A DNA stretch of 64,000 nt, taken from the NCBI GenBank assembly GCA_016186955.1, contig JACPKP010000004.1, forward strand, positions 5,942 through 69,941, in the 5' to 3' direction. This stretch comes from Candidatus Daviesbacteria bacterium. GTDB taxonomy: Bacteria; Patescibacteriota; Microgenomatia; Daviesbacterales; UBA10151. Position 1 is the first letter of the stretch, and every line of letters begins with the position of its first letter. The notes beneath the pieces are model-generated. The model was not told the origin of the DNA and did not search any database. It was given only the letters and a program-made list of their open reading frames with translations. Shown piece by piece: positions 26,821 to 36,066 of the stretch. Made by a program: the position numbers and the translations under genes.

Positions 26821-27750
26821 ATGGCTATTGATGTTGAACCTAAAGATCTTGGAAAAGTTATCCAGCTTGTTGCCAAAAGCGATGGTTGGAAAAGACAAGA
26901 AACAAGATTTAGTATAGATAGAACAGTTCTAATTACAGGCAATCCTAGCCCTGAAATCACTCATCAAACACCTGCTGAACTAATACAACCCTTAAGAGCA
27001 GCTTGGCTTACTACGAAAGATAAAAGACCTAATGATTTTAATGGTCCAAAAGTTGCTGTTAGGAGACTCGCTGTTGTTGATGGTATCTTGCAAACAGATG
27101 CTGTTGAAACTGATTACTTTACTTTATGGGGATTACCACAAGCCGAAGAATCAAAGTCCTATTTTATGGAACATGAGCAACAGGTAGTTATCAATAGATC
27201 TTTCTTCCCGAATGCTTTATATGAAACTAATATTCCTTGGGGTATTTGTACACATAATACTCTGCTTGATGCAAATGGAGATATACTGTTTGTCATTCGT
27301 TCCATGTCTCAAGGATTTAATCAGGGAAGAGTCTCTGTTACTGAAGAGGAACAAATGGAGCCAGATGATTCTAGCCCTTTTTTTGCTTCACATAGAAGTT
27401 TTACCGAGGAGTTAGGTTTATTTGTTCCAGAACGAAGAATCTCTTTAGTTGGAGTAGCTGTGGAAAAAGGGGCTGCTTATCCAGCATATCATTATATTGC
27501 CGAAACAGATACATTGGCAAAAAACATTGTTGATAGTTGGAGGCAGGCGAGGGACTATAATGAACACACAGCGCTTTTTGTTGTACCTATGACACAAATT
27601 GATAATTGGATGAATTCAGATGATATAAACCCAGAAATATGGCAAGCACATTTCTTAGCAGGCAATATTGCTCCTGATGCAAAATTGAGGCTGCATAATA
27701 CTTCTGCCTGGAGATTAGAATTAGCAAGAAGATTTACTCAATCTGTATAA
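26821..27750 (+). CDS. hypothetical protein (cassette)
   Basis: 309-aa ORF 35 nt downstream of repeat copy 5. A weak Nudix-box-like RSFTEELGL was seen but is not convincing. Confidence 0.4.
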   Translation: MAIDVEPKDLGKVIQLVAKSDGWKRQETRFSIDRTVLITGNPSPEITHQTPAELIQPLRAAWLTTKDKRPNDFNGPKVAVRRLAVVDGILQTDAVETDYFTLWGLPQAEESKSYFMEHEQQVVINRSFFPNALYETNIPWGICTHNTLLDANGDILFVIRSMSQGFNQGRVSVTEEEQMEPDDSSPFFASHRSFTEELGLFVPERRISLVGVAVEKGAAYPAYHYIAETDTLAKNIVDSWRQARDYNEHTALFVVPMTQIDNWMNSDDINPEIWQAHFLAGNIAPDAKLRLHNTSAWRLELARRFTQSV

Positions 27751-27910
27751 TAATTAACATTTGATCCTTGTAAAATTTGATATTGTTAGACCAAACTTTT
27801 TAATCTTATAGCGTATAGTTGATTTTTTAAGGGGTTTTTGCTACAATTTTCCAGTTTCTTTTGAAACAGCACATTAAGGCTGGAATAGCCACAGAAGCAA
27901 GGAGGATACC

Positions 27911-28207
27911 GTGGAGGTTCTGTTAGCAGGAGCCGCCATTTGGGCGGTTTGTGGGGCGCTGGCGTATGGCTTAACGCTAGCTTACTTTCAAATGAAGTAC
28001 CCGGCGATAGCCTACCCGTGGCGTCATGCGGATACTTTGGTTGCATTATTGGTAGCAGTTTTTGGTCCGTTTGGACTCATAGTTACATTATTAAGCAGTG
28101 AGGGCTGCAGGTATGGCCTGCGGTATAAGCCTCTTTCCGATAAGGAAAGCTGGGCAGCTTTCCAGAAGAAGTACCCAGGGTTGTCAAAGGAGGATTGGTT
28201 GCGCTAG
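27911..28207 (+). CDS. small membrane protein
   Basis: 98 aa with two TM helices. Followed by the terminator GGGCGGCCC-GTTA-CGGGCCGCCC plus T-run at 28221-28250. Confidence 0.45.
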   Translation: MEVLLAGAAIWAVCGALAYGLTLAYFQMKYPAIAYPWRHADTLVALLVAVFGPFGLIVTLLSSEGCRYGLRYKPLSDKESWAAFQKKYPGLSKEDWLR

Positions 28208-28291
28208 TTCCGGCAAGTGCAGGGCGGCCCGTTACGGGCCGCCCTTTTTCATGCGTAAAAGTGTAAAACAGATCTGTGTTAAAATAATTCC

Positions 28292-30106
28292 ATGGGTGAG
28301 GGTAAATTTTCCAACCGGCAGGTTGTCAAACTGCTCAGGTCTGTTGCGGCAGCGCTGACTCTTAAAAAAACTAACCCATTTCAAATCAGGGCTTATGAAA
28401 ATGCAGCAGATTCAATTGAACACCTTGACAGTGAAATTAAGGATGTTTGGGAAGAAGGCAAGATTGACGGTGTTCCCGGTATTGGCAAGAACCTGCAGGA
28501 ACATTTAAGTGAGCTTTTTAAAACAGGGGTAGTTAAACATTTTGAGTCACTTATGCGTGGAGTAAACCCGGTAATCTTTGACCTTTTGGATATCCCCGGC
28601 ATTGGGCCTAAAACAGCCCAGGAACTGGCTGAATTGGGCATTAAGGACTTAAACCATCTTAAGAGTGAAATCAAAAGCGGAGAGATCATAAAAAAGGGTT
28701 TTTCCGGAAAGATAGCTGAAAAAATTATGTCCGGCCTTGAGGAGTTGTCAGGCAGGGGCGGAAGGATGCTTTTGCCTTATGCTTCAGCCCAAGCGCAAAG
28801 GATTTTGGCGTACCTGCAAAAAAGCCCTTTGGTTTTGAAGGCAGATCCATTGGGTAGTTTAAGAAGGCAGGTTGCTACAATTGGCGATTTAGATTTCTCG
28901 GTAAGTGCCAAAAGCAGCAAAGAAGTTGTGGATTATTTTATCAAAATGCCTGGGGTGAGTCGAATCATAGATCATGGGACAAATAAGGCTTCTGTGGTTT
29001 TAAATTCAGGTTTGCAGGCTGATTTGTTGGTAGGGGAACCTGGAAGCTATGGGGCTCTACTGCAGCATTTTACAGGTAGTAAAAACCACAATATACATTT
29101 GAGAAGTATTGCAAATACAAAAGGATATTCTTTGAGTGAGTATGGGCTAAAAAAAGTCAAAAGTCAAAAGTCAAAAGTCAAAAATGGGGAAGTTTTGCCT
29201 TGCAAAACTGAAGATGATTTGTATGGGATACTTGGGATGGAGGTGCCGCCTCCTGAGATTAGGGAAGATACAGGGGAGATTGAAGCAGCCATCGCCCAAA
29301 AACTGCCAAAGCTGGTTGGGTTTAAAGATATCAAAGGGGATTTGCATACCCATTCAAACTTTCCCATGGTTAGCCCTTCACATGGGCCAGGTGCAAATTC
29401 CATAGATGAGATTATAACCAAAGCAAGAGCGTTAGGATATGGATATATTGGCATTTCAGACCACCCGCCAGGTTTCAGAACTACTACCAAGGATCAAATT
29501 GTTAAAATTCTGGAAAAGAGGACAAAAGTTATCCAAAATCTTAAAAAGAGCCTGCCTGCCGACCTGCCTGACGGCAGTCAGGGCAGGCAGGGTACAAAAA
29601 GTATCCGGGTACTTAATGGCCTCGAAGTTGATATTTTGGGTGACGGAAGTTTAAGCGTTCCTGATGAGATTTTAAAAACCCTAGATTACTGCATTGCCGG
29701 AATCCACTCGGGACACAGGGGTACTAAAGAGCAAATTACCAAAAGACTTGTGAAAGCCCTGGGAAATCCTTATGTGGATATAATTTCCCATCCTACGAAC
29801 AGGCTTTTAAACGAAAGAGAATCATCAGAAGCGGATTGGGAGGAGATTTTTAAGCTTTGTGCTAAAAATCAAAAAATTCTTGAGGTTAATGCTTACCCAA
29901 ACCGGTTGGATTTACGTGATGATTTGGTCAGGCAGGCTTTAAGTTTTGGGTGTAAGTTCATCATCGATACGGATGCCCATGAGGTTGCCCAGATGGAAAA
30001 TATGAAGTTTGGAGTTTCAGTTGCCAGACGTGGATGGGCAGAAGGGAAAGATATTATAAATTCTTGGGACTGGACAAAATTTGCAAAATGGTTTAAAATT
30101 AATTAA
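28292..30106 (+). CDS. polX: DNA polymerase X family protein with C-terminal PHP domain
   Basis: N-terminal 8-kDa/HhH region ([22 protein letters not shown]) and a C-terminal PHP domain (DLHTHSNF...GISDHPPG...IIDTDAHE). Confidence 0.85.
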   Translation: MGEGKFSNRQVVKLLRSVAAALTLKKTNPFQIRAYENAADSIEHLDSEIKDVWEEGKIDGVPGIGKNLQEHLSELFKTGVVKHFESLMRGVNPVIFDLLDIPGIGPKTAQELAELGIKDLNHLKSEIKSGEIIKKGFSGKIAEKIMSGLEELSGRGGRMLLPYASAQAQRILAYLQKSPLVLKADPLGSLRRQVATIGDLDFSVSAKSSKEVVDYFIKMPGVSRIIDHGTNKASVVLNSGLQADLLVGEPGSYGALLQHFTGSKNHNIHLRSIANTKGYSLSEYGLKKVKSQKSKVKNGEVLPCKTEDDLYGILGMEVPPPEIREDTGEIEAAIAQKLPKLVGFKDIKGDLHTHSNFPMVSPSHGPGANSIDEIITKARALGYGYIGISDHPPGFRTTTKDQIVKILEKRTKVIQNLKKSLPADLPDGSQGRQGTKSIRVLNGLEVDILGDGSLSVPDEILKTLDYCIAGIHSGHRGTKEQITKRLVKALGNPYVDIISHPTNRLLNERESSEADWEEIFKLCAKNQKILEVNAYPNRLDLRDDLVRQALSFGCKFIIDTDAHEVAQMENMKFGVSVARRGWAEGKDIINSWDWTKFAKWFKIN

Positions 30107-30117
30107 GGTTTAAGTAT

Positions 30118-30669
30118 ATGGATCCGATATTTATTATTCTTGGAGCAGTAGCCGTAGCAGGATTTTGGCTATTGATGACTTATAACAGCTTAGTGACTCT
30201 CCGTAACAGAGTAAGAGAGGCATGGAGCCAGATTGATGTGCAGCTTAAGAGACGCTCATCTTTGATCCCCAATTTAGTTGAAGCTGTAAAAGGCTATGCA
30301 AAACATGAGAAGTCTGTTTTTGAGGAAGTGACCAAGGCTAGAAGCGCCATGGTTGGGGCAACCACCAAAGGGGAAAAAGCAGTAGCAAATGATATGTTAA
30401 CAGGGGCTTTAAAATCCCTTTTTGCTGTTGCTGAGGCTTACCCTGACCTAAAAGCTTCGGAGAACTTTAAACAGTTACAGGAAGAGCTCTCTGATACTGA
30501 AACTAAGGTGGCAGCTTCCAGGCAATTTTATAACACCAATGTTTTGGATCTGAACAACTCTTTGGAGATGTTCCCTTCATCTTTGATCGGATCCATGTTT
30601 GGTTTTACCAAAGAGGAATTCTTCAAAGCCTCTGAAGAAGAAAAAAAAGACGTGGAAGTGAAAATTTAA
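30118..30669 (+). CDS. lemA: LemA family protein
   Basis: N-terminal TM then [46 protein letters not shown], which is the LemA signature. Confidence 0.8.
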   Translation: MDPIFIILGAVAVAGFWLLMTYNSLVTLRNRVREAWSQIDVQLKRRSSLIPNLVEAVKGYAKHEKSVFEEVTKARSAMVGATTKGEKAVANDMLTGALKSLFAVAEAYPDLKASENFKQLQEELSDTETKVAASRQFYNTNVLDLNNSLEMFPSSLIGSMFGFTKEEFFKASEEEKKDVEVKI

Positions 30670-30672
30670 AAT

Positions 30673-30879
30673 ATGAATCAAGAAAACAAAGGGAAAATTG
30701 ATCCGTTATTCAGCCCTAATCCTGATCCTGATCTTCATGTGGAAATTATAGCTGTGGAACCTGTTTCTGTAGTCCCGATGAGTCGGGATCAGTTCCGTGA
30801 AGCCAATAGAGGTTATTTTGAGATTTTAGCCAAATACATGGGAAGGGAAAGAGCGGAAAAAGCCTGGAAGCTCATTTAG
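30673..30879 (+). CDS. hypothetical small protein
   Basis: 68-aa ORF 4 nt after the lemA stop. Confidence 0.35.
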   Translation: MNQENKGKIDPLFSPNPDPDLHVEIIAVEPVSVVPMSRDQFREANRGYFEILAKYMGRERAEKAWKLI

Positions 30880-30948
30880 ACCGGCTTGAAGCGGAAAAAC
30901 CAACTACCGATAGAATCCACCCCGTTGTTACTATAATAACCTGATGAA

Positions 30949-31040
30949 AGAACAAAAATCAGGCAACCCTATTTAAAAAACACATCTACTGAACATTTTG
31001 TGCTAAAATACTTCTGATATGGCTACTGTGAATACTGCAA
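30949..31040. repeat. direct repeat copy A (duplicate of the htpX promoter and first 7 codons)
   Basis: About 92 nt, roughly 85% identical to 31560..31650, including a 44-nt perfect core AGAACAAAAATCAGGCAACCCTATTTAAAAAACACATCTACTGA. Confidence 0.85.
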
Positions 31041-31067
31041 GGGAGTAGGATATGATATAATCATGTC

Positions 31068-31328
31068 ATGTCAAGACCCAAACAAGAGCTACAATTTAAG
31101 ATATTAATCGAACAGGATGAAGATGGGATTTATGTGGCTTCTGTACCAGAACTTCCTGGTTGTTATACCCAAGGAAAAACTTTAGAACAGGTTAGGAATC
31201 GGATTAAAGAAGCGATAGAACTGGTTCTAGAATCTGATCAGGAAATAAAAAAAGAAAAGTTACAATCTCCGAAACCAGCTTCTAATTTTTTTGGGATAGA
31301 AGAGATAACTGTCAGCAGTTATGCCTAA
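31068..31328 (+). CDS. hicB: type II TA system HicB family antitoxin
   Basis: FKILIEQDEDGIYVASVPELPGCYTQGKTLEQVRNRIKEAIEL matches HicB/UPF0150. Confidence 0.8.
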   Translation: MSRPKQELQFKILIEQDEDGIYVASVPELPGCYTQGKTLEQVRNRIKEAIELVLESDQEIKKEKLQSPKPASNFFGIEEITVSSYA

Positions 31329-31542
31329 ATTATCTCCAATTAATGCCAAAGAGTTAATTAAAATCCTACAGAAAAAAGGATTTGAGGTTATTCATCAAAA
31401 AGGAAGTCATGTCAGACTTAGATATCCAGATGGCAGAAAAACAACAGTGCCTATGCATGCCGGGGAAAAAATTGGAGTAGGATTGTTGAGGAAAATCTTA
31501 AGGGACGTGAATATCTCAAGAAGTGAGTTTGAAAAGAGATAA
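31321..31542 (+). CDS. hicA: type II TA system HicA family toxin
   Basis: AKELIKILQKKGFEVIHQKGSHVRLRYPDGRKTTVPMHAGEKIGVGLLRKILRD matches HicA/YcfA. Overlaps hicB by 8 nt. Confidence 0.8.
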   Translation: MPKLSPINAKELIKILQKKGFEVIHQKGSHVRLRYPDGRKTTVPMHAGEKIGVGLLRKILRDVNISRSEFEKR

Positions 31543-31559
31543 ATTAAGTTTTGAATGAC

Positions 31560-31650
31560 AGAACAAAAATCAGGCAACCCTATTTAAAAAACACATCTAC
31601 TGAGCATTTTGTGGTAAAATTTACCATAATATGGCAACTATAAATACTGC
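31560..31650. repeat. direct repeat copy B (native htpX promoter and 5' end)
   Basis: See copy A. Confidence 0.85.
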
Positions 31651-32581
31651 TTGGGATCAGGTTTCTTCAAATACATTAAAAACCTGGGCTATCATGATTT
31701 TATTTACCATCTTTGCTGTGGGGGTGGTTTATGTGATTACAACAGCCTGGCTTGGGCCTGATGTTGACGGCTTGGGGATAGTGGGGATGGCATTTATTGT
31801 GGCAGGGGTGATGAATTTTGTGTCATATTTTTGGTCTGACAAAATTGTGCTGGGAATCTCCGGAGCAAAGCCTGTGGATGAGAAATCAAACAAACAGTTA
31901 TACCATCTGGTGGAAAATTTATGCATTGCTGCAGGATTACCTACCCCTAAAATTTATACCCTTGAAGACAGCGCCCCGAACGCCTTTGCAACCGGAAGGG
32001 ATCCAAAACACGCAGCAATCTGTTTTACAACAGGAATCCTGCAAAAACTTAACAAACAAGAGTTGGAGGGTGTGACAGCCCACGAGCTTTCCCATGTCGG
32101 CAATAGGGATACACTTTTGTTGAGCGTTGTCTCTGTTTTAGTGGGTACAATCGCTCTTTTATCCGACTGGTTTTTAAGGTCGCTTTGGTTTGGCGGCGGC
32201 AACCGTGATAATGACAATAAAGGCAGCGCTATTTTTATGGTCCTGGCGCTTGTTGCGGCAATTTTAGCCCCGATTGTGGCAACTTTAATCCAGCTGGCAG
32301 TTTCCAGAAGAAGGGAGTTTTTAGCAGATGCATCAGGGGTGCTTTTAACCCGCTACCCTGAGGGGCTTGCAAGCGCATTGCTGAAAATCTCCTCAGATAA
32401 AGAACCCTTGGAGGCAGCGAACAGAGGTACAGCTCATCTGTACATAGTTAATCCCTTAAAAGGCCTGCCTGCCGGCAGGCAGGGCCATGATGCAGTAGGT
32501 TTTTTGGCAGGGCTTTTCAACACCCACCCCCCAATCCAGGCTAGAATAAAGGCTTTGCAGGAGATGGAAGGCAAAATTTAG
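31631..32581 (+). CDS. htpX: zinc metalloprotease HtpX (M48)
   Basis: TM helices plus HELSHVGNRD (HEXXH) and a downstream EFLAD glutamate. Confidence 0.85.
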   Translation: MATINTAWDQVSSNTLKTWAIMILFTIFAVGVVYVITTAWLGPDVDGLGIVGMAFIVAGVMNFVSYFWSDKIVLGISGAKPVDEKSNKQLYHLVENLCIAAGLPTPKIYTLEDSAPNAFATGRDPKHAAICFTTGILQKLNKQELEGVTAHELSHVGNRDTLLLSVVSVLVGTIALLSDWFLRSLWFGGGNRDNDNKGSAIFMVLALVAAILAPIVATLIQLAVSRRREFLADASGVLLTRYPEGLASALLKISSDKEPLEAANRGTAHLYIVNPLKGLPAGRQGHDAVGFLAGLFNTHPPIQARIKALQEMEGKI

Positions 32582-32583
32582 GC

Positions 32584-32877
32584 ATGCAGTTAACTTCTGA
32601 CCAGGTTAAAAAAGTAGCAAAACTGGCAAACCTGCCTTTGTCTGAAGATGAAGAAGAAAAATATGCCGGGCAACTCTCTGTAGTTTTGGAATACATCAAT
32701 CAGCTAAATAAAGTTGATACAAAGGGAGTTGAACCCACCTATAATGTTTCGGGAAATGAAAATGCCCTGAGGAGTGATGAAGCTGAAAGTTGTTTAACTC
32801 AAGCAGATGCTTTATTAAATGGGTCAAATATAACGAATGGTTTTTTTGTCACAAAAGGAGTTTTTAAGGAAGAATAA
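32584..32877 (+). CDS. gatC: Asp-tRNA(Asn)/Glu-tRNA(Gln) amidotransferase subunit C
   Basis: VKKVAKLANLPLSEDEEEKYAGQLSVVLEYINQLNKVDT is the GatC signature. 97 aa. Confidence 0.85.
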   Translation: MQLTSDQVKKVAKLANLPLSEDEEEKYAGQLSVVLEYINQLNKVDTKGVEPTYNVSGNENALRSDEAESCLTQADALLNGSNITNGFFVTKGVFKEE

Positions 32878-34277
32878 TGGCTGATATTCAATCGTTAACA
32901 TTAACTGAAACAATGCAAGCTCTTGAGAGAAAAGAATTTTCTGAGGGAGAGCTTAACTTGACATATCAAAAAAGGATAGCTAAGTTAAATGACAAACTAA
33001 ATGTTTACCTAGATATACAGGTGACTAAAACAGGGATTCCTGCAGCTATTAAGGATTTAATTTCTACAAAAGGGATTAGGACTTCTGCTGGATCAAAGAT
33101 TATAGAAAATTACAAACCTCCATATAATGCCACAGTGATAAATAAGCTGATCGCAAATGGAGTGTCACTGATTGGCAAAACTAACCAGGATGAGTTTGCC
33201 ATGGGTTCTTCAGGGGAAAATTCTGCATATAGAGTCACTAAAAACCCTTGGGATCTAACTAAAGTTCCGGGAGGTTCATCTTCAGGCTCGGCAGCAGCTG
33301 TGGCAGCGGATATGTGTGTTTTTTCTTTGGGGACAGATACCGGCGGATCTATCAGGCAGCCTGCGTCACTTTGTGGAGTGGTGGGGTTGAAGCCTTCTTA
33401 TGGCAGGGTTTCCAGATATGGCGCAATTGCCATGTCTTCATCATTGGATCAGATTGGACCAATTACTAAATCTGTGGAGGATGCTGCTAAAGTATTGGAA
33501 TGGATTTCGGGACCAGATGGATATGACTCAAATTGTTCAAATTTCAAATTTCAAAATAATACACCCGCTGCGCGAACAAATTTCAAATTTCAAATTGATC
33601 TGAAGGGTCTTAAAGTGGGAATCCCAAAGGAATATTTTGGTAAAGGGATTGATCCCGGAGTGGAACAAGTCATTAAAAAGGCTATTAAAAAGCTGGAAGA
33701 GTTGGGAGCAGAAATTGTAGAAATCTCCCTGCCTCATAGCGAGTATGCATTGGCAGTTTATTACATTATCATGCCGTCTGAGGTATCCTCAAATTTGGCC
33801 AGGTTTGATGGTATTAGATATGGTTTGACCAGGGACAAATTTGGCTCAGAACCTAAACGCAGGATTATGCTTGGGACTTATGCGCTGTCTTCCGGCTACT
33901 ATGAAGCTTATTTTAAAAAAGCTGCACAAGTCAGAACTTTAATAATTCAGGATTTTCAGAAAGCCTTTGGAAAAGTGGATGTTATCGTAGGGCCTGTTTC
34001 TCCAACTGTAGCCTGGGATTTAGGAAAAAAGACAGATGACCCGCTATCAATGTATCTATCGGATATTTACACAGTGCCTGCCAGTTTAGCAGGACTTTGT
34101 GGGTTGTCTGTGCCATGCGGTTTTTCTGAAGGTCTGCCTGTAGGATTGCACATATTAGGCAAGCAGTTTGATGAAGCCACTGTTTTTAAGGTTGGTTATG
34201 CTTATGAGCAGGCAACACAGTGGCATTTGAAAAAGCCCGAAATAGCACGGAGCTTAGAGGAGGGAGATAATGTATAG
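32877..34277 (+). CDS. gatA: Asp-tRNA(Asn)/Glu-tRNA(Gln) amidotransferase subunit A
   Basis: Amidase signature GGSSSGSAAAVAA with Ser-cisSer-Lys context. Contains an ~18-aa insertion bounded by NFKFQ...NFKFQ. Confidence 0.9.
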   Translation: MADIQSLTLTETMQALERKEFSEGELNLTYQKRIAKLNDKLNVYLDIQVTKTGIPAAIKDLISTKGIRTSAGSKIIENYKPPYNATVINKLIANGVSLIGKTNQDEFAMGSSGENSAYRVTKNPWDLTKVPGGSSSGSAAAVAADMCVFSLGTDTGGSIRQPASLCGVVGLKPSYGRVSRYGAIAMSSSLDQIGPITKSVEDAAKVLEWISGPDGYDSNCSNFKFQNNTPAARTNFKFQIDLKGLKVGIPKEYFGKGIDPGVEQVIKKAIKKLEELGAEIVEISLPHSEYALAVYYIIMPSEVSSNLARFDGIRYGLTRDKFGSEPKRRIMLGTYALSSGYYEAYFKKAAQVRTLIIQDFQKAFGKVDVIVGPVSPTVAWDLGKKTDDPLSMYLSDIYTVPASLAGLCGLSVPCGFSEGLPVGLHILGKQFDEATVFKVGYAYEQATQWHLKKPEIARSLEEGDNV

Positions 34278-34674
34278 ATTTGAGAAGTTGGAAGTTTGGA
34301 AAATGGCTGTACAATATGCACTAGCAGTATACAAACTAACTAGGTTGTTTCCAAAAGAAGAGCTATTTGGTTTGACTTCACAACTTAAACGAGCTGTTAT
34401 ATCAATATCTAGTAATATAGCTGAGGGTTCCGGAAGTGCAACAATAAGAGACTTTTGTAACTTCTTAGATATTGCTATTAAATCGACACTTGAGACCGTT
34501 TCTCAGCTAATCCTTGCGAAGGAATTAGTTTACATAAACGAAAAAGATTTTAATAAATTGTATGAAGATTCAGAAATATTAGTTAAAAGAATAAGGACTT
34601 TAAAAGCTTATCTTAAAAAACCCCGTGCTCCGCGCCCCAACCACCAACCATTTCAGGAGGGTTACAATGTCTAA
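34270..34674 (+). CDS. four-helix-bundle protein (23S rRNA IVS-protein family, TIGR02436-like)
   Basis: [53 protein letters not shown]. Overlaps the gatA stop and the gatB start by 8 nt each. Confidence 0.75.
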   Translation: MYRFEKLEVWKMAVQYALAVYKLTRLFPKEELFGLTSQLKRAVISISSNIAEGSGSATIRDFCNFLDIAIKSTLETVSQLILAKELVYINEKDFNKLYEDSEILVKRIRTLKAYLKKPRAPRPNHQPFQEGYNV

Positions 34675-36021
34675 CTACCAGCCAGTGATAGGACTTGAGG
34701 TGCATGTTGAATTAAACACTAAAACCAAAATGTTTTGCAGGTGCAGTGCAGACTATTTTGGTAAAGAACCCAATTCACAAACCTGCCCTGTTTGTTTAGG
34801 GCTGCCCGGAGCTTTGCCGTATATAAACGAAGAGGCAATTAAAAAATGTATTCGAATTGGCCTGGCATTGGGATGCAAAATAAATCCAGTCAGCTACTTT
34901 GAGAGAAAAAATTATTTTTATCCGGATTTACCAAAAGGATATCAGATCTCCCAGTTAGTATTGCCGATTGCAGTAGGTGGTGAAATAGAGGTGGAAAATG
35001 ACAAGGGGGAGAAAACTAAAGTTAGAATTAACAGGGCTCATCAGGAGGAAGACACGGCCAAATTGACACATCAATTTGGAATTCAAAATTCAAAAGTAAA
35101 AATGAAGAGGCGAGGTCTCTGGTAGACTTTAATAGGTCTGGAGTGCCTTTGGTGGAAATAGTAACAGAGCCTGATTTTACAGATTCTTCCCAGATTAGAG
35201 ATTATGCAAAAAAACTTCAGGATATCTTCCGGGAGACTGGTGTTTCTAATGCTGATATGGAAAGAGGAGACATGCGTTTGGAAGCTAACGTCTCAGTCCG
35301 CCTTATCGGTCAACAAGAACTGCCCTCTTATAGAATAGAGCTTAAAAATATCAATTCCTTTAGATTCATGGTTGCGGCCGTAGAGTATGAAATAAAAAGA
35401 CAATCGGAAGCTTTAGAGAGGAGAGAAAAACTATTTCAAGAGACTAGAGGTTGGAATGAAGCTAAAAAGCAAACTTATTTGCAAAGATCCAAGGAAGAAG
35501 CCCATGACTATAGATATTTTCCAGATCCAGACCTTCCCAAATTAAGAATAAGGAGTGATTTAGTTGAAAAATTAAGAGAACAGGTAGAACAAAAACATCC
35601 TAAAAATAAGATAAAAAGATGGGAGTTGTTAGGGGTTCCGTATAATTCTGGGGCAACAATTATTAGGCAGGGAATGTCAAACTTTTTTGAAGAGGCTGTC
35701 AAAATAGGTGAATCTGAAGGAGTAGCTGCTCAAAAAATTGCAAATTACATTATAAACCAAAAAGTTGACCTGGTGGATTCTTCGCCAAAACAGGTGGTGG
35801 ATGATGTCGCAGGAAAGAGTATGGGGGTAATCGGTGATACCGGGGAGTTGGAAAAATTGGCAAATGAGGCGATATCGGAAAACCCAAAAATTGTAGAGGA
35901 TTACAAAAAAGGGAAAGAATCAGCAGTGCAGGCGCTAATCGGAGTAGTGATGAAGAAAACTTCAGGTAAGGCTGAGCCGTCTGTTACTAAGAAATGCTTA
36001 GAAAAAATGCTTAAAATCTAA
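34667..36021 (+). CDS. gatB: Asp-tRNA(Asn)/Glu-tRNA(Gln) amidotransferase subunit B, interrupted by a -1 frameshift at an A5 tract (35098-35102)
   Basis: RBS AGGAGG 6 nt before the ATG at 34667. ORF1 (to 35125) ends ...[20 protein letters not shown]. The next frame reads ...[25 protein letters not shown]. One extra A in the A5 run restores the canonical sequence. Confidence 0.8.
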
Positions 36022-36066
36022 ATCTCCTACTTGAAAAGCGCCTCTTGGATACTGGTAAAATGACAC

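Noticed and set aside
26821-27750. Possible Nudix hydrolase assignment for the 309-aa cassette protein
   Set aside because: RSFTEELGL loosely resembles the RExxEExGU box, but the preceding Gx5Ex7 spacing is not satisfied. This is insufficient to call.
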